Source of the DNA: Bacteroidales bacterium
GTDB lineage: Bacteria > Bacteroidota > Bacteroidia > Bacteroidales > PXBB01
NCBI GenBank assembly: GCA_003565735.1
Contig: PXBB01000140.1
Span: forward strand, 15,231-79,230
Reading direction: 5' to 3'
DNA length: 64,000 bases
Both the position numbers and the translations under genes were made by a program. The notes below the pieces were generated by a model. That model saw only the letters and a program-made list of their open reading frames with translations. It did not search any database and was not told where the DNA came from. The first letter of the stretch is position 1. Every line of letters begins with the position of its first letter. Below are positions 8,929 through 19,930 of the stretch, in pieces.

Positions 8929-9545
8929 ATGGAAAGAGTTATTGCATATATAGATGGATTTAATCTATATTTCGGACTTATAGAAGCAGGTTTTAATAAA
9001 TATAGATGGCTGAATATTAAAAAACTTATTATAGTTTATTAAGAAAAGATCAAGTTCTTATAGAAACAAAATATTTCACAAGTAGGGTCACAAATAATCC
9101 AGAAAAACAAAAAAGACAAAATACATATTTAGAAGCACTCGAAACATCAGGGTTAAATATTTTCTACGGACATTACCAGTCTGATTCTGTCGAGTGTAAA
9201 AGGTGTGGTAATATTTGGGTAAAATATAACGAAAAAATGACTGATGTAAATATTTCTACCCAAATGATTATTGATGCATACAATGATAAATATGATATGG
9301 CAATGCTGATTTCAGGTGATAGCGATTTGGTGCCGCCAATAAAATCAATTCATCAAAACTTTAAAGAAAAACGCGTATTCGTAGCTTTTCCTCCAAAACG
9401 ATTTAATAATTCTGTAAAAGCAGTTTCAAAAGGACACATGATTATTGGAAGGAAAAAACTACTAGACAGCCAATTTCCCTATAAAATTAAAAAAGCTGAC
9501 GGATATACTATCAGTAAACCAGATAAATGGAAAAGCAAAGATTGA
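8929..9545 (+). pseudogene. NYN (LabA/DUF88, PIN-like) RNase gene split by a frameshift near 9021-9039
   Basis: Frame 1 from 8929: MERVIAYIDGFNLYFG...RWLNIKKLIIVY* (stop 9040-9042). The -1 frame continues SLLRKDQVLIETKYFTSRV...CKRCG...EKMTDVNI...ISGDSDLVP. Confidence 0.85.
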
Positions 9546-9877
9546 AAATCATTGTTCTTTGAGTACTTCATTTCAAATGTTTGCCACAAATTGTTTTACT
9601 CCAAAAAGAATTTGCATTATGAATGCGGCTTTTTTTTTTGCTCGGATTCCTTCTCTTAATCAGCCTTTTCAGCTAAAAAAAATTAAAAAGGTAAATGCTA
9701 AAACGAACGATGCTGTTGCCCTTTTAAAAATTTTTGGCCGTATAACAGTCAACAATCCTTTCCAACAGGAATTGGCATAATCCTAATTTTGTGTTTTTTT
9801 ACTTGGTTTGGTAATCGGCAATTAAATATTGCATCAGGCTGCATATCCTACAGTTGGTGCTTATTAAAAAAACCTTT

Positions 9878-10792
9878 TTACGATGTTATCAATGTGCCGC
9901 GAATATCATCAATAGATTTCAGGTTATTTTTTTCGAAGTACGTGTTAAGATCACGAACAATAGTTTGGCTGATACGTGGGTCGATAAAATTAGCGGTTCC
10001 AATTTGAACAGCGGTAGCACCACACAATATAAACTCGAGGGCATCTTTGGCACTCATAATACCCCCCAGTCCAATAACGGGGACTTTAACAGCATTGCAC
10101 ACCTGCCATACCATACGTAATGCCACAGGTTTGATAGCCGGTCCTGACAAACCGCCGGTCACAGTTGACAGAACAGGTTTTCGGGAGTCCAGGTCAACAG
10201 CCATGCCCATAATAGTGTTGATAAGCGATATGGCATCCGCTCCGGCGTCTTCTACTACCTGAGCAATATCTGTAACAGAAGTGACATTGGGCGACAATTT
10301 AACAATCAGGGTTTTGTCGTAGGCTTTACGCACGGCTTTGGTAATTTCGGCAGCCGAATCGCAGCTGGTTCCAAAAGCCATCCCACCTGTTTTAACATTT
10401 GGACAGGAGATGTTAAGCTCAATAGCAGGAATACTTTCCAGATCATTAAGCTTTTCGGCCACGTACAAATAATCCTCTATTTTAGACCCTGACACATTTA
10501 CAATAACATGTGTTTTGTATTTTAGCAGCCGGGGGTAAATATCTGAAACAAAATAATCTATACCTTTATTCTGAAGGCCCACAGCATTAAGCATACCCAT
10601 AGGTGTTTCAGCCATACGGGGGTAAGCATTGCCTTCGCGTGCCTCGCGCGTGGTTCCTTTAACAATGATAGCGCCCAGACTATCCACATCTATAAAGTCA
10701 TCAAACTCGAAGCCATAGCCAAAAGTACCCGAAGCTGTCATTACAGGATTTCGCATTCTTAGCTTACCAATATTTACGCTTAAATCAACCAT
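9878..10792 (-). CDS. pyrD: Dihydroorotate dehydrogenase, class 1B catalytic subunit
   Basis: [42 protein letters not shown] motifs. Confidence 0.95.
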   Translation of the reverse strand: MVDLSVNIGKLRMRNPVMTASGTFGYGFEFDDFIDVDSLGAIIVKGTTREAREGNAYPRMAETPMGMLNAVGLQNKGIDYFVSDIYPRLLKYKTHVIVNVSGSKIEDYLYVAEKLNDLESIPAIELNISCPNVKTGGMAFGTSCDSAAEITKAVRKAYDKTLIVKLSPNVTSVTDIAQVVEDAGADAISLINTIMGMAVDLDSRKPVLSTVTGGLSGPAIKPVALRMVWQVCNAVKVPVIGLGGIMSAKDALEFILCGATAVQIGTANFIDPRISQTIVRDLNTYFEKNNLKSIDDIRGTLITS

Positions 10793-10814
10793 AATAAAGT
10801 TCTTAAAAAATGTT

Positions 10815-12005
10815 TTATACTTTTTCCAAAGCCGATTTCAGGTCATCCAAAAGGTCTTCTACCGTTTCAATACCTATTGAAAGTCTCACCAACCCGTCGG
10901 TTATACCGGATTTAATACGTGCTTCGGGTTCCATTTTAGAGTGTGTCATAGAAGCCGGATGTTGTATGAGTGTTTCTACGCCGCCAAGAGAAACAGCCAG
11001 TATGGCCAGGTTAACGTTATTCATCATATTTTTTCCGGCTTCGAAACCTCCTTTAAGTTCGAAAGATATCATGGCACCCGGCCCTCTCATTTGCTTTAAT
11101 GCCAATTCGTGCTGGGGGTGTGTGGGGAGGCCGGGATATTTGACCCATTTGACTTTTGGATGCATCTCAAGAAAAGCAGCTATACGTTGTGCGTTTTTCT
11201 GCGATTGTTCTATACGAATGGCCAATGTTTTAAGACCACGGATAACCATGTAGGCCTGATGAGGGTCCATGTTGCCACCCAGACTAACCATCATATTGTT
11301 AAGATGTTCATACATTTCTTTTTCTCTGGCAACAATAATACCTCCAACAATATCGGCATGACCATTAATAAACTTTGTAACAGAATGAAAAACGATATCT
11401 ATGCCATAGTTAAGTGGGTTTTGCAGATACGGACTGCAAAATGTATTGTCAACAACAGTGATAATATTGTGTTTTTTAGCCAGGCTTACAACAGCCTCAA
11501 GGTCAACGATAGCCATAGTCGGGTTAGCGGGAGTTTCGATAAATATGAGCTTGGTATTATCGCGAATGGCTTTTTCAATATTAGAGATATTGGTGGTATC
11601 TACATAATCGTAGGCAACACCAAATCTTGAGAAGTGTTTTTCCATAATCACCCTCGATGGACCATAAACGGCATCAGTACTGATCATATGAGCATCTTTA
11701 TCAAGCAAAGCCATATAAAGCGTATTAACAGCAGCCATACCGGAGCTGAGAGCTACAGCACCATAGCCGTTTTCGAGTTCTGCCACCTGTTCTTCCAGGG
11801 CATCAATGGTAGGGTTTCCAATGCGGGTATAAATGTATCCGTCGGATTTACCGGCAAAGCAAGCGGCACCATGATCTGCATTTTCGAATGCAAAAGTTGA
11901 GGTTTGATAAATAGGTACCGTAGCACTTTTAAAAGGGTCCTTCTTAATCGCACCTGCATGAATGAGTTTAGAGCCGAAGCCCATTTTCTTTTTATCAGCT
12001 TTCAT
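10815..12005 (-). CDS. megL: Methionine gamma-lyase / Cys-Met metabolism PLP enzyme
   Basis: [42 protein letters not shown] (PLP Lys), [10 protein letters not shown]. Confidence 0.8.
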   Translation of the reverse strand: MKADKKKMGFGSKLIHAGAIKKDPFKSATVPIYQTSTFAFENADHGAACFAGKSDGYIYTRIGNPTIDALEEQVAELENGYGAVALSSGMAAVNTLYMALLDKDAHMISTDAVYGPSRVIMEKHFSRFGVAYDYVDTTNISNIEKAIRDNTKLIFIETPANPTMAIVDLEAVVSLAKKHNIITVVDNTFCSPYLQNPLNYGIDIVFHSVTKFINGHADIVGGIIVAREKEMYEHLNNMMVSLGGNMDPHQAYMVIRGLKTLAIRIEQSQKNAQRIAAFLEMHPKVKWVKYPGLPTHPQHELALKQMRGPGAMISFELKGGFEAGKNMMNNVNLAILAVSLGGVETLIQHPASMTHSKMEPEARIKSGITDGLVRLSIGIETVEDLLDDLKSALEKV

Positions 12006-12029
12006 AATTCAGTTTTTTTTATCCGAAAG

Positions 12030-12077
12030 CAAAACTAACAAAAATCTTAGCGCACTTGGAAAAATAATGTACATTTG
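12030..12077. promoter_or_regulatory. Divergent Bacteroidota -7 promoter elements for megL and ruvB
   Basis: TAGTTTTG on minus (12037-12030) and TACATTTG on plus (12070-12077). Confidence 0.6.
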
Positions 12078-12092
12078 TTAAAAATTTGACCT

Positions 12093-13115
12093 ATGAACAA
12101 ACATCTTGACCCTAACCCTGACAAGTTAAGTGAAAAAGAGAAGGAGTTTGAAAACACTATCAGACCGTCAAATTTTCAATTTTTTTTCGGACAAGACAGT
12201 GTTGTTGAAAATCTGAAAGTGTTTGTGATGGCTGCTAAGAAGCGTCAGGAAGCCTTAGACCATGTGCTTTTGCATGGGCCTCCCGGTCTGGGGAAGACAA
12301 CACTCTCGCATATTATTGCCAATGAATTAGGGACGGGTATTAAAGTCACATCCGGTCCCGTTCTTGATAAGCCGGGTGATTTGGCCGGACTGCTTACAAA
12401 CCTGGAACCTAATGATGTTTTATTTATTGACGAAATCCACCGTTTGAGTCCGCTAGTTGAAGAGTATCTGTACTCAGCTATGGAGGATTATAAAATTGAC
12501 ATTATGATAGAAACAGGGCCTAATGCCAGGAGTGTACAAATAAAGCTCAACCCTTTTACGCTTATTGGAGCGACTACCCGTTCGGGTCTGCTTACTTCTC
12601 CATTGAGGTCGCGCTTTGGTATTAACCTACGGCTCAATTATTACGATGCCGACTTACTAAGCCGTATCGTAAGGCGTTCGGCAGAGATTTTAGCCATTGA
12701 TACTTTTGAAGATGCCGCTTTCGAGATAGCCCGCCGCAGCAGGGGTACACCGCGTATAGCAAACCTTTTATTGCGTCGGGTAAGAGATTTTGCCCAAATT
12801 AAAGGAAGTGGCGCTATTGATTTGGATATTACTTCATTTGCTCTTAAAGCATTGAATGTTGATGATAATGGCCTCGATGAGATGGATAATAAAATTCTCG
12901 GTACTATTATCGACAAATTTAAAGGCGGCCCCGTTGGTTTGACAACGATAGCGACTGCTGTAGGAGAAGATGCAGGCACCATAGAAGAAGTCTATGAGCC
13001 TTTTCTCATCATGGAAGGTTATCTGGTGCGTACGCCACGTGGAAGAGAAGCCACGCCAAGAGCTTTCGAACATCTTGGCAAAATGCCTCACAGCAGTCAG
13101 GAAAAACTTTTTTGA
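12093..13115 (+). CDS. ruvB: Holliday junction branch migration helicase RuvB
   Basis: [51 protein letters not shown]. Confidence 0.98.
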   Translation: MNKHLDPNPDKLSEKEKEFENTIRPSNFQFFFGQDSVVENLKVFVMAAKKRQEALDHVLLHGPPGLGKTTLSHIIANELGTGIKVTSGPVLDKPGDLAGLLTNLEPNDVLFIDEIHRLSPLVEEYLYSAMEDYKIDIMIETGPNARSVQIKLNPFTLIGATTRSGLLTSPLRSRFGINLRLNYYDADLLSRIVRRSAEILAIDTFEDAAFEIARRSRGTPRIANLLLRRVRDFAQIKGSGAIDLDITSFALKALNVDDNGLDEMDNKILGTIIDKFKGGPVGLTTIATAVGEDAGTIEEVYEPFLIMEGYLVRTPRGREATPRAFEHLGKMPHSSQEKLF

Positions 13116-13154
13116 TATAAAAACGCTCTGTATTTCCTTAACCGAAAAACGCCC

Positions 13155-13367
13155 TTAATCGTTTTCCTCTATTGCTTCTGACAAACTATCTACAGTATCT
13201 TTCTCAGCAGTACCCTCCAATAAAATATTTGCACGCTCTATAATAGCGGCACGCTCTATTTCCATTATAGAATCTTCTATTCTTTGCTGTCTTTCTAGCT
13301 CTTCCTGTGAAGGCCCGCATGAAAAAAACATTAAGAGTACAAACAGGGTGAAAATTATTTTTATCAT
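13155..13367 (-). CDS. Small hypothetical lipoprotein
   Basis: Signal peptide with lipobox FFSC followed by an acidic helix. Confidence 0.7.
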   Translation of the reverse strand: MIKIIFTLFVLLMFFSCGPSQEELERQQRIEDSIMEIERAAIIERANILLEGTAEKDTVDSLSEAIEEND

Positions 13368-13837
13368 CGGTTTAATAATTATGGCTTTTTATTTCTATCG
13401 TTTATATTTATGCCGATTTTTATAACCGGCTTAAACCTGTCATATCTCTAACGATGCGACTTCCTCTTTATGGTACAAACTTACATAAAAAATATGATTT
13501 ACACACACGAGATAACACTATAATATTGTGGATTTTTAAAGAATAAAATGTGCTTGTCTTTTCAGGAATTCTAAATCCAAAAAACGGGACTGTTGCTTTT
13601 AAGCATTATAAGATGTAACACAAAGCAGCAGACCACTTACCCATAAAAAAGCGTACTATAAGCGAACCTACTGTCCCATAATAAAACATAATCAGAATAA
13701 AAAAAATCAAAATTAAAACTTTAATGCCTGATTTAGTGCATATTAATAATTTTTCTAATATTTGGTCAGGTTATTGTAAAATGGTAGGCGACTATTTAAT
13801 ATAAATATATTGAGATCAGAATAAAAAAGAGGGACAA

Positions 13838-14005
13838 ATGAAAACGAAAAGGAATTACAGCAAACCAATTATAAAAAAGCAAACCATTGATAACGATATC
13901 AGCCTTATAATGTTATCTGAAGGTGGTCCTCCGTCTGGGCCTTTTGATTTTGGTTATAATTCAGATGATTTGACAGACAACAAAAACACCCCCTACAAAG
14001 TTTAG
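13838..14005 (+). CDS. Unannotated 55-aa peptide with a YxxP leader-like motif
   Basis: MKTKRNYSKPIIKKQTIDNDISLIMLSEGGPPSGPFDFGYNSDDLTDNKNTPYKV*; A-rich upstream context; ends 21 nt from the convergent nadB stop; below the ORF-track length cutoff. Confidence 0.65.
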   Translation: MKTKRNYSKPIIKKQTIDNDISLIMLSEGGPPSGPFDFGYNSDDLTDNKNTPYKV

Positions 14006-14026
14006 CTAAGGCAGTAAAAACATTTT

Positions 14027-15601
14027 TCAAGAGGGATTCTGATTATTCTTATAGTCCGTATTATAGTGTAAGCCAATACTTTGCTTTCTGTTTTTTGCAA
14101 ATTTTATAATCAAATAAGCCACATTAATTATATTGCGCAACTCACAAATCTTATCAGTAAGTATAGATTTTTCGTACAGTTCTTCGGTTTCTTTAAAAAT
14201 AATGGCAAGCCTGTCGAGAGCTCTTTTCAATCTCAAATCAGATCTTACTATACCCACGTAGTTTGCCATAATAGATTGTACTTCAAATAAGCTTTGGGTA
14301 ATAAGAACCATTTCTTCATTCAGCACAGTACCTTCAGCATCCCAATCGGGAATTTCTTCATTGAATTTCAGGCGTTCAATATCAATTACAGCGTGTTTGG
14401 CAGCTCTGTCAGCTATAACAACTGCTTCAAGAAGAGAATTAGAGGCCAGCCTGTTGGCGCCATGCATACCTGAGCATGCGCATTCGCCGGCAGCATACAA
14501 ATGATTGATAGAAGTTTGACCATTTACATCAATGCTGATACCTCCACAAATATAGTGAGCAGCCGGCACAACGGGAATTTTATCTTTTGTAAAATCTATG
14601 CCTACACTTATGCACTTGGCATAAATATGTGGAAAATGGGTAATCAACTTATGGGCATCAAGGTGCGTGCAATCTAAGAAAACATGGTTTGCTCCGGATA
14701 TTTTCATTTCATTATCAATAGCCCTTGCGACAATATCTCTTGGAGCAAGCGAGCCTCTTTTATCATATTTATCCATAAAAGGATGTGCTTTTTTGTTTAC
14801 AAGGATAGCACCAAAGCCTCTCAAAGCTTCAGTTATCAGAAAGGCGGGGTGATCTTTAGGGTTATATAAAGCTGTGGGGTGAAACTGTACAAATTCCATG
14901 TCTCTAATCTTGCCTTTAGCCCTGTAAACCAATGCAATACCATCGCCTGTGGCCACCGCCGGATTGGTCGTATTCAGATATACATTACCTGCACCTCCTG
15001 TTGCCATAATAGTCTGTTTAGAAAGAACCGTAAGAATTTGACTGGTTTCTTTATTAAAAATGTAAGCACCATAGCAGGTAATATCTTTTGTTTGCCGCGT
15101 CACCTTGACACCTAAATGATGTTGCGTAATAATATCAATGGCAAAATGATTTTCGAGTACGGTAATGTTTTTATTTTTCTTTGCTTCTTCAACCAAAACC
15201 CTCTGTATTTCATGTCCTGTACGGTCTTTCCAGTGCAACACCCGATTTTCCGTATGACCGCCTTCACGCGATAAATCAAAATGACCTGATTTTTTCTTGT
15301 CAAATCTCACGCCCCATTTAACAAGCTCTTTAACACGTGCAGCACCTTCGTGAATGACAGTACGAACCATAGCCTCATCGTTCAGAAAACGCCCGGCGCT
15401 AAGCGTATCTTTTATATGCTTATCGTGACTATCAGGCAAATAGGTTACAGCAGCAATACCACCCTGCGCATAACTTGTCGTAGTTGTGTCAATAGAAGAC
15501 TTGTTAATAAGCAATACTTTGCCATGCTTGGCAGCTTTAATTGCAAAAACAAGACCTGCCAAACCTGACCCTATAACTAAAAAATCTGTTGAAATTCGCA
15601 T
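14027..15601 (-). CDS. nadB: L-aspartate oxidase
   Basis: GSGLAG FAD motif, SYAQGGIA, REGGH, EFVQFHPT, LITEALRG, LAPRDIVARA, HGANRLASNSLLE. Confidence 0.95.
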   Translation of the reverse strand: MRISTDFLVIGSGLAGLVFAIKAAKHGKVLLINKSSIDTTTTSYAQGGIAAVTYLPDSHDKHIKDTLSAGRFLNDEAMVRTVIHEGAARVKELVKWGVRFDKKKSGHFDLSREGGHTENRVLHWKDRTGHEIQRVLVEEAKKNKNITVLENHFAIDIITQHHLGVKVTRQTKDITCYGAYIFNKETSQILTVLSKQTIMATGGAGNVYLNTTNPAVATGDGIALVYRAKGKIRDMEFVQFHPTALYNPKDHPAFLITEALRGFGAILVNKKAHPFMDKYDKRGSLAPRDIVARAIDNEMKISGANHVFLDCTHLDAHKLITHFPHIYAKCISVGIDFTKDKIPVVPAAHYICGGISIDVNGQTSINHLYAAGECACSGMHGANRLASNSLLEAVVIADRAAKHAVIDIERLKFNEEIPDWDAEGTVLNEEMVLITQSLFEVQSIMANYVGIVRSDLRLKRALDRLAIIFKETEELYEKSILTDKICELRNIINVAYLIIKFAKNRKQSIGLHYNTDYKNNQNPS

Positions 15602-15612
15602 TTATTTTCTGT

Positions 15613-18501
15613 TTATTTTCTGTTACAAATATCTGAAAAATCGCAATATTTACATTGATCGGCAGAGGATGTTTGTTGAAAGGGTTTTGACATATCAAAA
15701 ATCTCTTTCAATATCATACTTACAAACGCTTCTGTATGACTATGAACCTCATTTGTAAATAAAGAAGTTTGTTTGGGTAATTTGAGATGAAACAAGCCGG
15801 ATGCCGGCATACGCAATGAGATAAAACCCGGTTCAACAGCCTGCTCTACATTAAGCCGGCGGTAGTATAAAAAACCATAGATCAACAACTGTATCACTTT
15901 TTGCGACACATTGTTTGTGGGCGTTAATTCGCTCCAGTCATTTATGGTAAGGTCTTTCCTATCAATCCGGCCAGTTTTATAATCAACAATTCTAGTGACA
16001 TGACCCACCTTGTCAAGTCTGTCAACTTTACCTTTCAAAAAGACTTTACAATCCTTCCAATGCCCGATATCCATTTTAAAAGAGTGTGACAGCTGGACTT
16101 CTGTTCCCAAAAGGGTGGTTTCTTTGCCCTGATTATGCCACTCTTTCAAAATGGCTTTTTCATACTGCAGGTAGTTTTTAATATATTTTTTGGCTAACTT
16201 AAACAGTAAGTGGTTTTTGCCATAGTCGAGGTCAGGATGTTTCATACTTTTTTGAAAAGCTTGCCTAAGTAAGCTTTCAAGCATTTTTTCAGAATGGTCA
16301 AGGTTTTCAGCTTTTAGTTTTTGCCCTGCGAATGGGTTATAAATATTTTCGAGCACATCATGAACAGCACTGCCCAAAACAGCAGCATCCACATGTTCGT
16401 CGGGCGCATCCTCAGCCTTTAAATTGAGCAGGTACTGCAGATAAAACTTTAAGCCGCACTGCAAAAAAACAGCAAGAGAGCTCGGAGAAAAACCATGAAG
16501 CGCTTTTTCTTTTATCAACGCCATAAGGTCTTCGGTTTTGTGAACCGTAAAAACACCATCATTTTTACCCATTTCAGAAGAGGCCGCTACGACATATTCT
16601 TTTATACTGACATCAGAATTGTGAGCAGGCCATTGATTTAGCAGTTGGGTTACAAATCTGCTTTTTTCTCCACCACTGCCCATTTCATCGGTTTCTGTAT
16701 TATAAATCAAATAAATATTTTTGGCCCGCATCAAAAGCCGGTAAAAATGATAGGCAAAAATGGCTTCATTATCCTTGTAAATCGGTATTTGAAACTGACG
16801 CTTAATATCGAAAGGGATAAAAGAGTTGTGATGTTTGGCAGGAGGCAAAACACCTTCATTGCAGGAAAGTATAATAACTGTTTCGAAATCCAGATTACGT
16901 GATTCTAATAAACCCATGAGCTGAAGGCCCTTTAATGGGTCGCCGCTAAATGGGATATGTTCATTACCAAACAATAACTCAATAAAATATTTAAGCGACC
17001 GCAAAGTTGCACCTTCGGTGGTATTCAGAAAGTCAATGAGCGTATTAAGTGTTTTACTGTATTGGTACATACACTCTATTTCGAGTCTGTTATTGCTGTT
17101 GTGGATATCAGGCAAGCTGTTTTCGACAAGTTCTTTCAGAATTTTTTTGAGCAGCAATGTCATCTCGAGAGGGCCCTCCGTTTGGTGTTCGGACAAGGCC
17201 TCAATACATCGCCAGGCAGGTGTTGAGTGGTTCTTTTTATGCACCTCAACCAAATGGCTCAGGCTTGAGGTATCATAAAACACTTTTTGACGGCTTTTAA
17301 GCTGTTTAATAAAGCTTGTAACACCCGCATCCTCTGTCGAATAAATAGCTCTGAAGCAAGGATTTTCAATAACACATAAAAAATCCTTTATATTCATTTG
17401 TAAAACTTGAGCTTCTTTCATTTTAGTAATTCGAAAAGCATTATCATAGAGCTTTAAGATGTCGTTGAAAAGCTCGTAAACCAATGTTTTTTTAAGAGGA
17501 TACCCCATGGTTACATTGACGGCATTAACATCCTGCGGTATGGCATTGAGCATGGGAAACAGTAAATGCTCATCAGGCAAAACAACGGCTACTTTGCTGG
17601 CGTTAGCAGCATCTACATATTGCGTTAAAATATGACCTGCTAGGCGTGCCTGACCAATATTTTGCGGTACACCCATAATGTGTACATCTTTTGGGTGTGT
17701 TGCAAAGTAAAAAATTTCTTTTTGGAAAGGGCTCTGCCCATATTTTTCAATATTCTTTCGGATAAAATAGCCGGCTTCCAGCTCTTTACTTTTTGTAAAA
17801 TAGTCATCATAATCAAAAAAAACAGAAGCCTTTTCCACCTTATGCAAATAATCAATAATTACTGATTCTGCCTTAGTCAACGCATTAAAACCAACAAAGA
17901 ACAAATGCGCCCATTTAGCTGCTGCCTTTTCAAGCAAATGCAGATTTTCTGCCAAATGCCTTAATATAAAAGCCTGGTATGCAAAACCTTTTTCTAAGAG
18001 ACTATTGGTAAAGGACTTATAAACGGGATATAAGGCATTATAAAACTTAAGGTAATTTTTTTGAAGTGGCGTAAGTTTTGAGTTTTCAGGATTCCAAAGA
18101 CTCATGGCCTTAGCTTCGTTGATATAATCAAAAACGTCCTCTGCATTAGCCATAGAAACATCTATAAGCGAGAAGTCCTGCAACAGCATATGACCCCAGT
18201 TCATAAAATCATCGACAGCAAAAGCCACACTTCCCTCCTGCTCAATTTGAGAAGTGTATGCTTTGTACAAAGTTGTGAGCAATGTGAGCTGTGCCCCATT
18301 ATTTATACCTGTAGCCATTTGAGTAAACTCGCTAATAGTATAGAATGAAGGCAAAACCATGCTGTTTTGTTTGGTGGCGGCTAAGTATTTTTTGAGAAAA
18401 AGTGCTGTACGTTGATTAGGGACAATAAAACAACACTCGGACAATGATGCATCAAGGTTGACATCTATATGTTTGATAACTTTTTCGAGAAAGGATTCCA
18501 T
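15613..18501 (-). CDS. AddB/RexB-like PD-(D/E)XK nuclease family protein
   Basis: Degenerate helicase-like N-terminus; FSPSSL...QC, GKVDRLD, IVDYKTG, QLLIY; C-terminal CKYCDFSDIC Fe-S staple. Confidence 0.85.
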   Translation of the reverse strand: MESFLEKVIKHIDVNLDASLSECCFIVPNQRTALFLKKYLAATKQNSMVLPSFYTISEFTQMATGINNGAQLTLLTTLYKAYTSQIEQEGSVAFAVDDFMNWGHMLLQDFSLIDVSMANAEDVFDYINEAKAMSLWNPENSKLTPLQKNYLKFYNALYPVYKSFTNSLLEKGFAYQAFILRHLAENLHLLEKAAAKWAHLFFVGFNALTKAESVIIDYLHKVEKASVFFDYDDYFTKSKELEAGYFIRKNIEKYGQSPFQKEIFYFATHPKDVHIMGVPQNIGQARLAGHILTQYVDAANASKVAVVLPDEHLLFPMLNAIPQDVNAVNVTMGYPLKKTLVYELFNDILKLYDNAFRITKMKEAQVLQMNIKDFLCVIENPCFRAIYSTEDAGVTSFIKQLKSRQKVFYDTSSLSHLVEVHKKNHSTPAWRCIEALSEHQTEGPLEMTLLLKKILKELVENSLPDIHNSNNRLEIECMYQYSKTLNTLIDFLNTTEGATLRSLKYFIELLFGNEHIPFSGDPLKGLQLMGLLESRNLDFETVIILSCNEGVLPPAKHHNSFIPFDIKRQFQIPIYKDNEAIFAYHFYRLLMRAKNIYLIYNTETDEMGSGGEKSRFVTQLLNQWPAHNSDVSIKEYVVAASSEMGKNDGVFTVHKTEDLMALIKEKALHGFSPSSLAVFLQCGLKFYLQYLLNLKAEDAPDEHVDAAVLGSAVHDVLENIYNPFAGQKLKAENLDHSEKMLESLLRQAFQKSMKHPDLDYGKNHLLFKLAKKYIKNYLQYEKAILKEWHNQGKETTLLGTEVQLSHSFKMDIGHWKDCKVFLKGKVDRLDKVGHVTRIVDYKTGRIDRKDLTINDWSELTPTNNVSQKVIQLLIYGFLYYRRLNVEQAVEPGFISLRMPASGLFHLKLPKQTSLFTNEVHSHTEAFVSMILKEIFDMSKPFQQTSSADQCKYCDFSDICNRK

Positions 18502-18591
18502 ACTATTAAAATATATGCAAACATAGTAAAAAGTTCAGGCTTTACGAAATAAGTTATCAGGCCTGCCAATAAAGTCCTTTTGATAAAAGTA

Positions 18592-19290
18592 TCAAGCGGT
18601 TTTTTCTTTGATGAAATTGTTAATTAAAATACTGCTGTTTTTCAGAGAGTTTGACAACCAGCCTAAATACACATCCGTTTTATCCTCTTCTGTCAGACGA
18701 TAAACATTTTTTTTTAAGCCCCTTAGTTGATTGGTAAAATGGAAAAGGCTAAGGGCAACTGTTACTGAAATATTAAAGCTTTCAGTAAAGCCATACATGG
18801 GTATTTTGACAAAAGCATCAGCATTATCGACCGCTTGTTTGGAAAGGCCATGCATTTCGGTGCCAAAAAGAAGGGCAAATTTTTCAGACACATCAAAATC
18901 AAAAATACTCATAGCATCATTAGATGGCGACATGGCAGCAATTTTATAGCCTTTATCTTTTAATGTATCCAGGCAAGTAACGGTATTGCAACTCTTGAGG
19001 TTATACTTATAAATACTAAGCCATTTGGATGCCCCCATTGCCACCTGAGGATTTACCGTATATGTGTTTTTATTCTCTATGATATGTACGTCCTGCACGC
19101 CAAAACAGTCGCATGAACGCAAAACAGCACTTGCATTATGGGGCTGGTATATATCCTCAAGAACAACTGTAATGTGCCGTGTGCGTGCTTCAAGGACTTC
19201 TTCAAAACGCTGAAGCCTTTCGGTGGTGATAAATTCTTTCAGGTATTTTACTAAGCTTTCCTTTTGTTGACGGTCCAGATGTTCGTACAT
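18592..19290 (-). CDS. trmH: TrmH/SpoU family tRNA 2'-O-methyltransferase
   Basis: VLEDIYQPHNASAVLRSCD, FGTEMHG, IPMYGFTESFNISV. Confidence 0.88.
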   Translation of the reverse strand: MYEHLDRQQKESLVKYLKEFITTERLQRFEEVLEARTRHITVVLEDIYQPHNASAVLRSCDCFGVQDVHIIENKNTYTVNPQVAMGASKWLSIYKYNLKSCNTVTCLDTLKDKGYKIAAMSPSNDAMSIFDFDVSEKFALLFGTEMHGLSKQAVDNADAFVKIPMYGFTESFNISVTVALSLFHFTNQLRGLKKNVYRLTEEDKTDVYLGWLSNSLKNSSILINNFIKEKTA

Positions 19291-19375
19291 TTTTAATAAT
19301 TCCTTAAATTAGTCAACTTCTCAACAAAATTTCATAATAACTTATTGAAACAACAGGTATTTACCAAAAGACCAA

Positions 19376-19834
19376 TTAATATTTAACTTTTGAAGACAGC
19401 TCTCCATCTTCAGTCCAAAATTTCCAATAGCCTGTTTTTTCGCCATTTCTGTATGTTCCCTGGTATCTCTTTTGGCCATTTTCGTGCCACGTAGTTGTTC
19501 TGCCATGATACACCCCTTCTCTAAAGTTATTTTCGCTCCATTTATTTCCATTTTCATAATAGTAAGTCCAAACACCATGACGAAGTTCATTTTTAAAACT
19601 GCCTTCCATTTGCTTGTTGCCATTAGGGTAATAAAAAATCTCCTTTAGCGGCGTTTCCAAGTCATTTTTATCATAAACCCTTATTAAGCGCGGTGAATCA
19701 TCATCATACACCTCTTCAATAACTTCAACTGTACCTCCACATCCTGCTAAATAGAGTAAAGGTAAGATGAATAGACAAAACAAACTTAATTTTTGTATGC
19801 GTTGGTATATAAACATTTGAAAAAAGTTAGTCAT
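19376..19834 (-). CDS. MORN-variant (YwqK-like) repeat lipoprotein
   Basis: Lipobox LAGC; repeats YYPNG...G, YYENG...G, WHENGQ...G. Confidence 0.8.
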   Translation of the reverse strand: MTNFFQMFIYQRIQKLSLFCLFILPLLYLAGCGGTVEVIEEVYDDDSPRLIRVYDKNDLETPLKEIFYYPNGNKQMEGSFKNELRHGVWTYYYENGNKWSENNFREGVYHGRTTTWHENGQKRYQGTYRNGEKTGYWKFWTEDGELSSKVKY

Positions 19835-19930
19835 TTATATATATTTACAGCTTTAATCACTATCCCTAATAACGACACATGATACGGTGTTGAAGTTGCT
19901 AACAAAAATAAAAAAGCCCCACATAAAAAA

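Noticed and set aside
9559-10262. Several short plus-strand ORFs after the NYN gene
   Set aside because: Non-ATG starts or antisense to pyrD; no protein-like features.
9878-10792. Class 1B pyrD lacking an adjacent pyrK
   Set aside because: pyrK may simply be elsewhere in the genome; cannot be judged from this window.
19376-19834. Toxin-antitoxin system suggested by YwqK-like repeats
   Set aside because: MORN-variant lipoproteins are common in Bacteroidota and no toxin gene is adjacent.
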